Source of the DNA: Narcine bancroftii | Lineage: Eukaryota | Direction of reading: 5' to 3' | Assembly (NCBI RefSeq): GCF_036971445.1 | Contig: NC_091475.1 | Span: forward strand, 26,784,001-26,848,000 | Length of the DNA: 64,000 nt | In this document: positions 13,338 to 24,900 of the stretch, one piece after another | Numbering within the stretch: the stretch's first letter is position 1 | How the letters are laid out: every line of letters starts with the position of its first letter | Program-made: the position numbers and the translations under genes | Notes under the pieces: model-generated | Database searches by the model: none | Told to the model about the DNA's origin: nothing | The model's input: only the letters and a program-made list of their open reading frames with translations

Positions 13338-13760
13338 CTTCAGTTTTCCAGAATATATCAACAGCAAAGGAAGATAATTCCTGTTTTTGCAACCACGTAT
13401 TTCCTCGTTGTTTAATCCATGCGGAAACATTGCAAAAATATTCCCCTCGGTCAGAGACTGATGCATGATGCACCTGAAAACTGAAAGTAAAATACTTCGG
13501 CTTCATAAAAGTAGCCTCTCCAGTTTTGGCTCGCTCATTATACTGATCACTGAGTTTTAGTGTCCAATCTTGATCCATCTTCGCTATTGGGACACTCATT
13601 TTGGCAACTCCATCCATCCCTTTTGGTTTGTAATACCATGTGACAGTCAGCCTTGCATCATCTGCATTTTGTAGATCTAACACCAGGCACTCAAGCTCCG
13701 CTGGCTCTCCTGAAGAACTAGGTGTCCTAATGGAGCGTAATGCCACTGTGTATGTCGGAT
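13338..13760 (-). CDS. PTGFRN: PTGFRN exon 5 (Ig domain 4)
   Basis: Acceptor ttcacag|AT and donor AAG|gtaaag; 423 nt. Translates DPTYTVAL...GEPAELEC...RLTVTWYY...DRGEYFCNVSAW...VDIFWKTE. Confidence 0.95.
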
Positions 13761-14189
13761 CTGTGAACATGATTAGATCAAAGGTTACCTTGAACTTTCC
13801 CAATAAACAAATATTAACACATCTCATTTTATAGGTGATACTACAGATAATGCGGATTTTTCAATAAGCAGACCATGACATTCTGTGAACAATATTTCAG
13901 TTGGAATATTTTTATACCATGATTTAGATCATATGTTTATTGGTATACACAGTGATGCATTCACAAGAAGTCTTAAATTGGCCAGGAATTAAATAAGTTG
14001 CAAGAAATTTAAAAGATCTAAATAGGAGTAATATAGTAAGTTATTTAAACACTTGTTAATCCAGCTAAATAGAAAGGGCAAATGATAAAGTACATCACAA
14101 ATTAAAAAACCCTACCCTAGTTCATAAAACAATATGTTAATGATAGAGCTATGGATTTGGTTAACTGACATTGCAGCGAGATTCTAGCA

Positions 14190-14485
14190 CTATTTCTTAG
14201 TAAGGGATTGCTTAAGGTGGTACATGGGTGGAAAGAAAAAGGTTGAAAACCACTGCTTCAATTGTACCTCATTGACTCATTATGTGTACGTCTTCAGAAC
14301 TCCAAAGGAAATGGGCGAATGACAATTTTTCTCAAGCAAAATATTTCAGTGACAACTGGGTCTAGAGCAGTACTTCCCACTCACATACCACCTTAAGCAA
14401 TCCCTTACTAATCACAGAGCACTGATAGCATAGGGAGTAAAGTGGTATGTGAGTGGAAAGAAAAAGGGTTGCGAACCACTGTTCT
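14190..14485. mobile_element. hAT-like MITE with internal inverted and direct repeats
   Basis: Perfect 25-bp inverted repeat TAGTAAGGGATTGCTTAAGGTGGTA (14198-14222) / 14386-14410; two GGTTG...AACCACTG termini. Confidence 0.65.
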
Positions 14486-15074
14486 CGCATGAATCTGTAA
14501 TCAGTGTTTCATAGGACAACAACGATGGAGCAAAAAAATGTTAACATTTAGTTTATTAATTTAGGCCTCGATATTTCTGGCAAAGTAAAATTATGATCTT
14601 GATAGAGAAGAGAATTTCCTGTGCATTTCAATTCCCCAGGCCCACGAGTATGCGTTATGAAATTGTGGCATTTAATCATAGTCAAGATTGCAAGGAAAGA
14701 GGAGCAGATTTTTTTCTCATTCCTCTTTGCCCAACAAGTCTTCATGGCAGAAAAAAAGCCAAGATAGTTGAAATCTGAATGGGATAAAAACCTTGCATTG
14801 TGCCAGTCAAGGTACAGCATTGTACCATATTCCAAAGGGTAGCTACTGTTTCAGAAAAGTGTAAATTGGAAAAGATGCTTCCAACTGTTATTCTTTACAA
14901 TGACAACCGTGAATTTATCTAATTAACCCCATTAGATTCCATCCTATTTCAGTAGTGTACAATGCAAAATGACTCTACTTGCTCTGCCATGGAAACAATG
15001 GTCTCCATTTTCATGTGATGTTGCTAATTATGTTCAATTGTTCAAGCAGGTAAAACAATGAAAAATGAAATTAC

Positions 15075-15458
15075 CTAGAAGTGCCACAGTGACCTTGAGA
15101 GGATTGGAGATCTTCTCTGCTGCTTTGTGTCTTAACCCATTGGTATATGGGATCCAAACAGAGGCTGCACAGTAATAATATCCACTATCTGTTTCATCGA
15201 CTTGTTGCACTCTTAGATTGTAGTCACTGCCACTAATTTTGCTCAAAGAAACAAAATCTGAACCATTAACTATCGCTGCAAGGTTCATGTGCACCAGGAG
15301 TTTCCCACTTTGAGGATTTATTGCTGGAGAAGAGCTGAAATACCAGCTGACTTCTACGGCAAAGTCTTCAACACCTGTTATACTGCAGACAAGATCAACC
15401 GTATCTCCTTTGTTCAAAGTGAGCAACTTTCCACTTGTAGAGATTTCTAGTTTCTGCG
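15075..15458 (-). CDS. PTGFRN: PTGFRN exon 4 (Ig domain 3)
   Basis: Acceptor tatttcag|CG and donor TAG|gtaatt; 384 nt. Translates AQKLEISTSGKLLTLNKGDTVDLVC...VSWY...DSGYYYCAASVW. Confidence 0.93.
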
Positions 15459-16010
15459 CTGAAATATAAAAATTATATTCTTTAGTAAAATTTCCTCCAA
15501 TAAGAATACCAAAAGCAAATGTTCTATTGTGTCCAAAAAACGTTGTAGCAGAAAATTAAAAACACACATCATGTGCCTTAATATGTAACTGATCAAATTT
15601 TAAAAAAAAAGCAAGTTCCCATCGAACTCTATTTACAAATGAGCAGGAATTAAGAGCCTTGTATACACATCTGCTTCATCCAACTTTTGAACTGGCGATG
15701 AATTATCTTGGAGCAACCTGGAGGAATCCCCAGATTTCTACATCAATCACCAATTTAAAAGGTGCCTTCCACTGTTCCAATTTTGCTGAAAGTCTTCCTC
15801 TTCCGACTTGCTCTTTTTATGTATAATCTTTCAAATAATGTTTTCCCATTTCAATTTTGTAAGTATTTCTGAAATAATTCTTCCCTAGTTTTCAGCAGTT
15901 GTCAAGTCCAATCTTGCTTTTAAAGTAACTCCATACAAAGTGCTGATCTACCCAGCAAAATGGGCAATGGAAATCCACCAACATTTGAATGATTTCCCCC
16001 CCCCCTCCCA

Positions 16011-16230
16011 ATTTAGACACACAGAATGGTAACAGGCACTTACAACCCACAAGCCCAGGGCTGCCTAATTGACCTACCCCAGTACGTTTTGAAGGGTGGG
16101 AGGAAACTGGAGCACCTGGTGGAAACCCACAGACACGGGAAAACATACAAACTCCTTAATGACTGTGCCAGATCTGAAACCAGGTCACTGGCGCTGTAAC
16201 AACATTGCACTCTACTGTTATGCCTAACGG
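16011..16230 (-). mobile_element. tRNA-derived V-SINE (HE1-like)
   Basis: V-domain core GGGTTTCC.CC.GGTGCTCC.GTTTCCTCCCAC on the minus strand and a GTCTAAAT tail. Confidence 0.75.
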
Positions 16231-16279
16231 CACTGCCTGAAGCTAAATTACAAGATGATTTATTATATGTGTGTTGTAC

Positions 16280-16702
16280 CTAAAGACTGGACTTCAATTG
16301 TTGCAATACTTGTACTTTTTTCTTGGATTTTTTTCCAGTTGGAGCCATCTTCTTTGACCCACTCTGCTGCCGTACAAGAGTAAACGCCACTGTCCTCAAG
16401 CTGCAAGGGATCAATAAACAATTTGAAGACACCATTTTTTTCCATGCGCATTCTAATATCGCCACGCTGGTACCTATCTGCATATAAACCACCAGGTAAA
16501 AACTGATCCTTTTCAGTGAATGACAGAATGTCATCGGCAACACCTCCATTTTTTGTTAACTGCCACGTGACAGAAAGGTGGGTGGAAACAGGTGACACAG
16601 TTGATGCAACACACTGAAGTTCCAGTGGCTTTCCTTCTGTGTAGTTTACATTCATCACACTTCTGGACTTTGCAGGTGACACAGTCAGTTTATCTGCAAT
16701 CA
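16280..16702 (-). CDS. PTGFRN: PTGFRN exon 3 (Ig domain 2, carries the EWI motif as EWV)
   Basis: Acceptor tttatcag|TG and donor TAG|gtacaa; 423 nt, phase 1-1. Translates VIADKLTV...LELQC...THLSVTW...DSGVYSCTAAEWVKEDGSNWKKIQEKS. Confidence 0.95.
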
Positions 16703-16974
16703 CTGATAAAAGAAGAATTCAAGATTACTGACAAAAGACCAGAAAGTTTAAAATCAGTATTTATACAAGAACTAAGCCTCTACTGCATGTCCTTCATTTC
16801 AAATCCTTGATAATCAACTGTAAATTCTTGTTTCTGTTCCAATAAAAGTCATTTAAGATATGGGAACAATTAGAGAAATACTCTTTACAATGATTAAAGT
16901 TTTAGCAACCAGTACGCTTTGCTACAAGGTGACCAGCAAAAGGATTTGTGATGTAAGGAAATATGTCATTATTC

Positions 16975-17465
16975 AATAAGAGGATTTGGATTGCTTCATG
17001 GAGCGTTGGATAGACACCTGTGTAAAAGCAGCTCACAAGGAGAGAATGGAGAGGTCAGGTCCGTTTTCCCTGGTGAAAATGGGGCCGAGAGGCAACGTGA
17101 TGTAGGTAAACAAAACTATGCGAGGCCCTGAAAGGAAATGGACCCTAGGTACATGCCCTAAGAGAGGGGTGCCCAAAATTACAGGGCATATGTTTAAAAA
17201 GAGAAGGCAGTGTCTTAAAGAAGATTTGAACAGTACATTTTTCATAAAAAGTAATCGGTACCAGGAATGACTGAGAGGTGATGGTGGCTGCAGGAATGGT
17301 AGGGACATTTAAGCAGAACCATGACAAGTTCTTAAATGAACAAGGCATTGAGGGATTATGGAAATATTGAAGACAAGTGGGAATAGTATGGATAAGCATG
17401 ATGCCATCAAGGACACAATGGGCCAATGGGCCTGTTTCCAAGCTGTACAACTCCATAGAACTGTA
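16975..17465 (+). mobile_element. CR1-like LINE 3' fragment
   Basis: CR1-type 3' region ending ggacacaatgggccaatgggcctgtttcc...ctcca. Confidence 0.55.
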
Positions 17466-18162
17466 CAAATATTTGATGGCAAAAATATTCCAGGAAGGTG
17501 GAGAACCAAGCAGTGGGACTACCAAGAGCTGGCCTAGATTCCAATAAATCAATGGCTTATTTTTGTTGTTCTATTCTCCAGTTCAAAAACAAATCTATTG
17601 TTTCTGGCAAAGCATTCCATGGACTGTCAACCAAATACTCAGCCACCTTCCTTCTTTTATTTTAAAAAAGCTGTCAAGTTATTGTCATCCAATCATCAAA
17701 TTACTGACCAGAATACCCAAATTATCTTCCTAAAATACCTCAAACTCGCCTTCTTGACCCAATTCTCTTTCAATATGTACTTCTTGTGGAAGGCAAGCCA
17801 AAAAAGAAAATGCAAACAAAGCAATAGAGTTTCTGATTATTTGAAAAATCATTCTACTGAAATTCGAATAATCAAAAAAAAAATTTTTTTTTTGGCTGAG
17901 ACGAGTTGAATTTATTTCAACCCACCGTGCTCAAGTGGGGCTACAGGGAATCAGTTTTACAAAGGAGACATTTGTCCACAGGTTGCACATTAAAGGAAAA
18001 GGATAGCACTGATTATTTATTTATAAATAGTCTTTTTTTTTGCCATGAGTTATTGCAACTTTAGGATAAATTGCATTGTGGCATTTTCAAAATTTGAAAT
18101 GAATATCGTGCCCTCTCCCCACTTGCTTCCCGAGCCGCTTCCTCTGTCAAATACCCTTTCAG

Positions 18163-18230
18163 CAGGGTCGCTGAAATTCTGCTGGAGGGCAATCCCTGGG
18201 ACTGTATGTGCAATCTATTACCACTTACAG
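18163..18230 (+). other. SLITRK-like LRR C-terminal cap (LRRCT) coding fragment with splice sites
   Basis: Codons from 18164 read RVAEILLEGNPWDCMCNLLPL (L.L..NPW.C.C.L motif); flanked by ccctttcag| and CAG|GTGAGG. Confidence 0.6.
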
Positions 18231-20010
18231 GTGAGGTGAGACCTCTGGTTCCCGGGCAGGGCTCGGGCTCTCCGGCAGGATTGGCGACAGCAATGGGGAG
18301 GAGTTGGGGATCAGAGACACCTGATCCAAATATTCTGCTGAAGCTACTGCTCTGCTTAAAGAAATTTCTCAACTATCCGAAAAATCTGTACAACCGACAT
18401 CGTCAGTGTTTCTTGAAAGCAGAATTAGGCAAGCCAAAAATAAAGAACTGCAAAGAATGAAAAGTTAACATTGTTTGAGATTCAAATTCACCTGTACACG
18501 GTTAGTTCAAAATTGAACCGTGGGAATTGAGGCATCAGTTTTGACTTGGGAATAACGTTGTTAATGGAGTCAGAAGGTTTAAGTTCATAATGCAGTCAGG
18601 AGGTTATACTGCACCGAATGTATACTTCAGTGCAGTATGGAGGTATGACATTACTCAAAGTTCATAAACTGAAACCCCTTGCCTCCTCTTGACTGTATCC
18701 AGAGCTCTTCTGTCACTCCAGAGTCATGCATTGTAATGCATCTTTTTTTTTTGCATCCTAACACACACAATGTGATGCAGCTCCATAGAGAAGCATCACC
18801 TAAATAAGCTTCACTTGTAGCAACGCTGCCTCCTGTTCAGAAACACGAGTCAGGGTTCAGAGAAACAAAACGACAAATCAGGAGGCTTACTCCAGGGTGG
18901 GTGCACATACAGCAGTGATCATGAGGAATCAGCTGCCTTTGAATTAAATGCTGACAAAACAATAGAGTTAAAACCCTTAGGGCTAAAGCTCAGGTGCTGA
19001 ACATTCATATGGAAAATGAATAGGGAGCGCAAGTTTAAAAAAATCCACTTTCCACATCAGGTACAGGAATGAAGTAAATTTGTAGAGCAACAAAGTCCAC
19101 CTGGTTTAGTGAACAGAAATGGACAGATGAACAAGCCCTCACCGGGTAGACAAAACCAGTCTTTATTTCTACAATAAAAAAACTATGAAGAGATTCTCTT
19201 CCACACCTGCCCAAATTTGACTGGGATTAATCCATCCACTCTCCAATTGAAGATTGCAGTGGTGAGCACCAGTAAACAAGAAGGCAATGAAGACCCACCC
19301 TGTTCAATGAAGGAAGGCCTTGAGAAACAATAATCCCAAATCTAACTAAAATCACAAAGCAAATAAATCAAAAGGCTGGAAACACCAACATTTATTGAAA
19401 GAGAAACAAAGCTAAGATTTCAGATTAGTATGGCAAAGGGTACGTCTTTAATAAACTATGGTCCAGGTTGCCATGGGGGATATGTTATAAACAAGATCAT
19501 TCAGCCATCGGGTGAATGTTGGAAATGGAGAGATTAAATCTGAACAACGAAGGCAGTTAGTGTGTGAGACTACAAAGAAGGGAGTAAAAAAATAGTGAAT
19601 CCAATGTGTCAGACAGTGGAATAGTGAGAAAGAAACAGTCAAAGCACAAATAACTGGTTGAGTGTTTATTTTATTTCAGAATTCCACCTTCTAAATTTTT
19701 GTTTGATTTTTCAAAGAAATGTTATGTTTGAATTAAATGTCAGAAATATACCATATTGAGTTTCTGAAACTTGCTAATTTAATTGCTTTCTTCCAGGACA
19801 GTACCAGGGATACTATAATTGACACAATACATCTAGCTGGATAAGGACACACAGGTGTTGGTATCACGTGGCTCCAGTGTCAATTGTCATCTTTAGGGGA
19901 AGGGGGAAGAAATCAAATGCTTAAATTACTGCATAGAATAATTAAAAAGATTCATTTGCAAAGATACATTCTGAATCAACAGAATTTAATGTACACTTGG
20001 CAAAACTTAC

Positions 20011-20376
20011 CTTTTAAATACACAGAGGCTTCATAATTTCCACGACTATCTTTATCTGTACTAGGTGTTTGGCATTGATATTCCCCTTCATCTCCAAAGT
20101 GGGCACTTTTGAAGTGCAGCTCCACAGAGTTGTCACTGATCCTCTGCACCCAAATCTCATTTTTTAGTACTTTCTCCCTGTATTCCAGATCTGAAAATTC
20201 AGGTTCCAATGTACTGATGATCCTTAACCGATGGTTGCTACGAGACACAAACCAATCAAAATTTTGTTCCGGTGGTCCTTGATAATCACTGACATTGCAG
20301 GAAATGCTCACTGGAGTTTTCACCACACGATACAGAGGACCATTTGGGACTTTGACAATGCGTCCCAAGGTGAATC
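20011..20376 (-). CDS. PTGFRN: PTGFRN exon 2 (end of signal peptide + Ig domain 1)
   Basis: Acceptor ttgcag|GA at 20376 and donor AAG|gtaagt at 20011; 366 nt, phase 1-1. Translates GFTLGRIVKVPNGPLYRVVKTPVSISCNVSDYQGPPEQNFDW...EYQCQTPSTD...GNYEASVYLK, the typical EWI-family first domain. Confidence 0.95.
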
Positions 20377-21856
20377 CTGCAAAGAGAAAAATAAGCTGAA
20401 ACGCACAGTCTCCAAATGAGATGCAAATTATTTGACAAGATGACATTTTATCAATGCTAACATGAATTCTACAAGTGACTGCAAATGGGAAACAACATAA
20501 CGGATTAAATTACTGCAAATTAACTGTTAGATTTAATTTGTGGCATATCTGGCACAGAACCAGACACATGCAAAGTGTGGCTTAAAAGGCATTTACTGTG
20601 ACTTCAGTTCCTATTGCCAGCACATCCCTAACTTCACAAGGTACAATTCCCCATCAGGCTCAACATCATATAGTGTTTCTTCAGAGACAACTCTGGTTAC
20701 AAGTGAATACAGTGAATTTATCATTAAATTAGCCACCTGCCTCACATGGGTATCTAAAATTCTGATGTGACTAATTGTCTTTCTAATTTGTAACTGGCTC
20801 CATTATTCAGGAGGTCATCTCCACACTTAAAAGCAATACACTGGTGTTCTTTATTCTTCAATTTATGCAAAGCTGAGGCCATGCACATTAACCACTCGAC
20901 TAAGCCAAGGAATCATAGCAAAAACAATATACTGTAATGGGTCACATCTTACTACAATGGGTCAATTAATAGGGGTTTCCATATGGGTTTAAAATATTGC
21001 ACTGGAAATTGCTGAAAGTACAAGCTGATAATGTAACGAAGGAAAACCAGGACGGAGTGAGCAGATCGAGCAGCTGTGCATATCCTTAAGCAATCAAATT
21101 AAGGGATTGCAACATTTAAAATGCAGGGACTGCCATGGGCACTGCATGTCAGATCAGTACAGGATACAATAGCGAGGGAGGAGCTGCACAGAAAATGCTA
21201 TCTTAAATTTTACATCCACAAAATTTGCAGTTATTAGAATAGAGTCTTATAATGATTTTCAGTTTTGAATGCCACACAAGATTTTTGACAGCAAATAAGA
21301 TTGATTACATGGGTACTTGGATGGAAGCTGACAAGATTTAACAGTGTCAAATTTAATTTCTATCTACCGTACACCAACTTCATTATACTGAATTGAACTG
21401 GTGAAGCAAACAATAAGATGCCATTTAACAGAACTTCTCGATTTTCCACACTTCATTCTCCATTTCCTCTTGCCTGAAGCTGCTGGAATGTTTACTCAAA
21501 GAGCCCTTCGACTCCCTGATTTTTTATAAAAATGGAACAAGAACTTCAGGACAGACAAGATTAAAAATACAGTGCCTGTTTAGACTCTTGAATAAATACC
21601 ATTAACTCACACGGAGTTCATCAGCAGAATTAAATTTTGCAAGTCTATAGTCATCCATAAAATGTCACCATTCGATAATTTTCAGATGTTATAATTATTA
21701 AAAATCTACACAGGCAAGAATAAGAGATTTGATTGCACTGAATAGAATCCAATCACTTCATAGCAAAAGTACACCAGAATATAAACCAATGTTGGCAATC
21801 ATTTATCTTAACACTAAAATGAGGCCCTCTTTTGAGCTTGTAAAGATCACAAACGT

Positions 21857-22338
21857 GGCTTCCCTCCACCACCATTAACTCAGTCCTCACCTGCATCTCC
21901 TCCATTTCTCATTTATCTGCCCTGGCCCCCTCACCCCCCAGACAAAACAAACATCGAATCCCACTCATCCTCACCTACCACCCCACCAGCCTTCGCATAC
22001 AACATGTCAGAATTTCCGGCACTTAAAGGATCCCACCACCAGACTTTTTCCTTCTCCCCTCTCAGCCTTCCGCAGGGACCATGCTCTTCGTGATTCCCTC
22101 GTGCACTCATCCCTCCCCACCATGATTTCAGGAGGTGCAACATTTGCACTCACACCTCCTCCCTCACCACGGTCCAGGGCCCTAAACAGGCCTTTCAAGT
22201 GAAGCAATACTTCATTTGTATACGTGCTCCCTTTGTGGCGTTCTCTACATCAGAGAGACAGGTCGCAGATTGGGAGAAATCGCTTCGCTGAGCACCTCCT
22301 CTCCTTCCGCAACCACAGCGACCTCCCAGTAGCCATTT
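21857..22338 (+). mobile_element. Penelope-like element fragment (linker + GIY-YIG endonuclease)
   Basis: RIPLILTYHPTSLRIQH, SAFRRDHALRDSLVHS and LYIRETGRRLG(D)RFAEHL, with frameshifts. Confidence 0.85.
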
Positions 22339-22759
22339 TTCAGTTCATTTATGAGAATAAATTTAACAAATTGCCTGCAGGATTTGAAGTGACTGTGAAA
22401 TTAGCATTAGGCTTTGAACATGCTCCTTTTACTGGATACATTTGCTGACTCAACACAGAAGTCCTGGAGAGCCAGGGGCAGAGACCATATGACCAGCTTA
22501 TTGAAAAGCCAGGGCTTCATTTGCTGAGGAGGCCATTTTAAAGAAGCAGCACAAGAGTAACGAATTCTTCGACCTCCTTTGTGGTTTTACCACTAGGCAA
22601 ATTGTCAGGGATGAGAGACCCCTTTGACTGACCCACAAAAAGGGTTCTAACTGCAGAAGGCACCACTTATCAACCATGCCAATTAATTGCTTTGGTTTTT
22701 CTATCTGCATCTCAGGAGAAAGTTTTAGCCTTTACCACACACACATGGGTAGGTGACTC

Positions 22760-23281
22760 TTCACCTACCCATACACAATGGTTATATGATGTAATGTATC
22801 TAATTTTCTCCAAGCTTAAATAGGACAACATTAAAGATAGAAAGTTTCATTTGGTAAAGATGTGGGGGCCATTCATAGAAAACTATCATGATTGGAAGAA
22901 TTAAGAATTTTGAATGTTCTGGAGATTCTCTGTCCTATATCTGGAGATCACTATCTGATCCACAAGTTCCCTTTTCTTTTACAAGGATTATCTTAGATTA
23001 GAGGGAGGGGATAGATTTGATTTAGTTTTTAGGGTTTTGTTTTTTTTTGTTCTTTTTAACATTTTTTTAAAAAATAGATTAATTTGGCAAATATGGGTTT
23101 AACATGGTTATCATGTATTAATTCAACAACTTGTTTCACATCTGGATTAAAGAACTGTCTAATGTAATTCCATCTTTTTTGTGTAATCTATATGAGATGA
23201 CTTGTTATGTGTTTTTCTTAAAATTTTATGTGTTTATATGTTAAACTCAATAAAAATATTTTTAAAAAGAAAAAGAAAAAA
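22760..23281 (+). mobile_element. L1-clade LINE 3' end
   Basis: QWLYDVM...KMWGPFIENYH remnant, 3' UTR, AATAAA near 23249 and an A-rich tail. Confidence 0.65.
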
Positions 23282-23727
23282 GGCACTTGTCTAAAAATGA
23301 CATTTATTTGAAATACCTCAACAAGGGTGTTGTGAGAAATCAATGTTCTGTCACCCCAGTCTCTTTCACCCACTTCAGGAACTGCTAACTTTATCCCAAG
23401 GCCTGCATGTCTCAACCATCTTAATGTCTGCAACAGGCATCAATTTCAAGCCCACGTGTCATCACTGAATTTCTGAAACTGAACTTTGAACTGTCATCTG
23501 AGAATTGAGCCTTGAGCTGTAGTGCCTTGGGGTATTCCACACACACTAATATATTTGCACATAGTTAGAGTTTAAGAAATACATAGTTAGAGTTTAAGAA
23601 ATAAGTGTAGACTTCCAGGAGGGTTGTCATGGTACCCAAGGCCTACTTGAGAGACCACCTTTGCTTGGGCTCTGCCATCAGGTAAATCATCAATTCCTGT
23701 CGGTGGGAAGCTGGAAGAATTAATAAG

Positions 23728-24622
23728 ATGCTATATTGTGTGCTCAAACAAGAACATGCTCATGAAGATTCTATCTGGTCTGTGGCTTGGGGAAAGAGTG
23801 AAAAAGATGGCTGAGAGACTATAGTGTCTGGCTCATTAGATGATTTAATCAAAGTCTGGAAATAGCAGGATGAGAAGTTGGAACTAATGTGGACTCTGGA
23901 GAGATACCAGCTGGGAGTTGGATCAGTTGACATTAATCATATGGGTGGCACTACAGCCTCCAGTTCTCTGGATGCACACATTCGCCTCTGGGACTTCAAG
24001 TCAGGCAAACAGATCAAGCCTTTGGATGCTGGGCCAGTTGATGCCTGGTCTGTGATCTTCTCTCCCAATGGCAAGTTTCTAGCAAAAGAGAATCACTTGT
24101 GAAAAGTGAATATATTTGTTGAAAGTGGAAAGAAGGAATCTTCTTTGGACACAAGAGGGAAACTTATCCTCAACACTGCCTTCAGTCCTGATGGGAAATA
24201 CCTAGCCAATGGTGCTATTGATAGTTCAACATGGCAACCAGAAAGATTCTGCACATGCTAGAAGGCCATGCCAAGCCAAACAGATCCCTGATATTCTCTC
24301 CAGATGCTCAGCTTCTCATTACTGTCTCTGGAGATGGTTACATAAAGATTTATGGTGTACAACACGCCAATCTTGCAGGTGCACTGAGCGGTCACTTGTT
24401 CTTGGGTGTTGAGCGTCACTTTCTGCCCAGACAACACACATTTTGTATCAAGCTCTTCTGACAAAAGTGTAAAGATGTGGGATGCGGGCTCCAGAAGCCC
24501 AGACAACACATTTTTTTGATCACCTAGATCAGGTCTGGGGTGCTAAATACAATGGAAATGGCTGGAAGATAGTTTCTGTGGCAGATGATCGTGAGATCCA
24601 TATTTATGATTGTCCTATCTGA
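23728..24622 (+). pseudogene. WDR61: WDR61 (SKI8/SKIC8) processed pseudogene, antisense in PTGFRN intron 1
   Basis: Intronless match from KQEHAHEDSIWSVAWG through [33 protein letters not shown] and [12 protein letters not shown] to EIHIYDCPI*. In-frame stops near 23812, 23863 and 24100, plus deletions and frameshifts. AATAAA at 24815-24820. Confidence 0.95.
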
Positions 24623-24900
24623 AGAGTTCTCCAGCTCAGAATGAAAACCTACAAAAGATCTTCATCCACAACTACGAACTGATGCCCCTCTGGGACTATG
24701 TAAAAGGCCAATAACATGATTTTTATGTTAACAATTTGGTATTTTATTTTGAAACCAAAAAAATTCCAGATAAATTTAGTTAAGTTTAGACAAATTAGGT
24801 GTTACATAATTGTTAATAAATAATTTTAAATATTATTGAAAATATAACACCAAATGGGTGTTTAAAAACATTTAATATAATTGCTGCTTTCTGATATGTA

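Noticed and set aside
18206-18460. 84-aa ORF as a standalone gene or complete SLITRK
   Set aside because: LRRCT similarity ends at the donor (18230); the rest has no recognisable domain and the frame is closed upstream at 18095.
18540-18720. Hairpin ATACTGCAC...GTGCAGTAT as a structured ncRNA
   Set aside because: The context looks like a decayed DeuSINE-type repeat and there is no further support.
6367-20376. Alternative identity as IGSF3, CD101 or IGSF8
   Set aside because: Six Ig domains, a split sixth domain and the VLDSFKMPLLYGVG...IGYC TM region fit PTGFRN; those paralogues have 8, 7 and 4 Ig domains.
23878-24461. WD40 ORFs as a functional nested gene
   Set aside because: They are fragments of one WDR61 copy broken by several stops and frameshifts.
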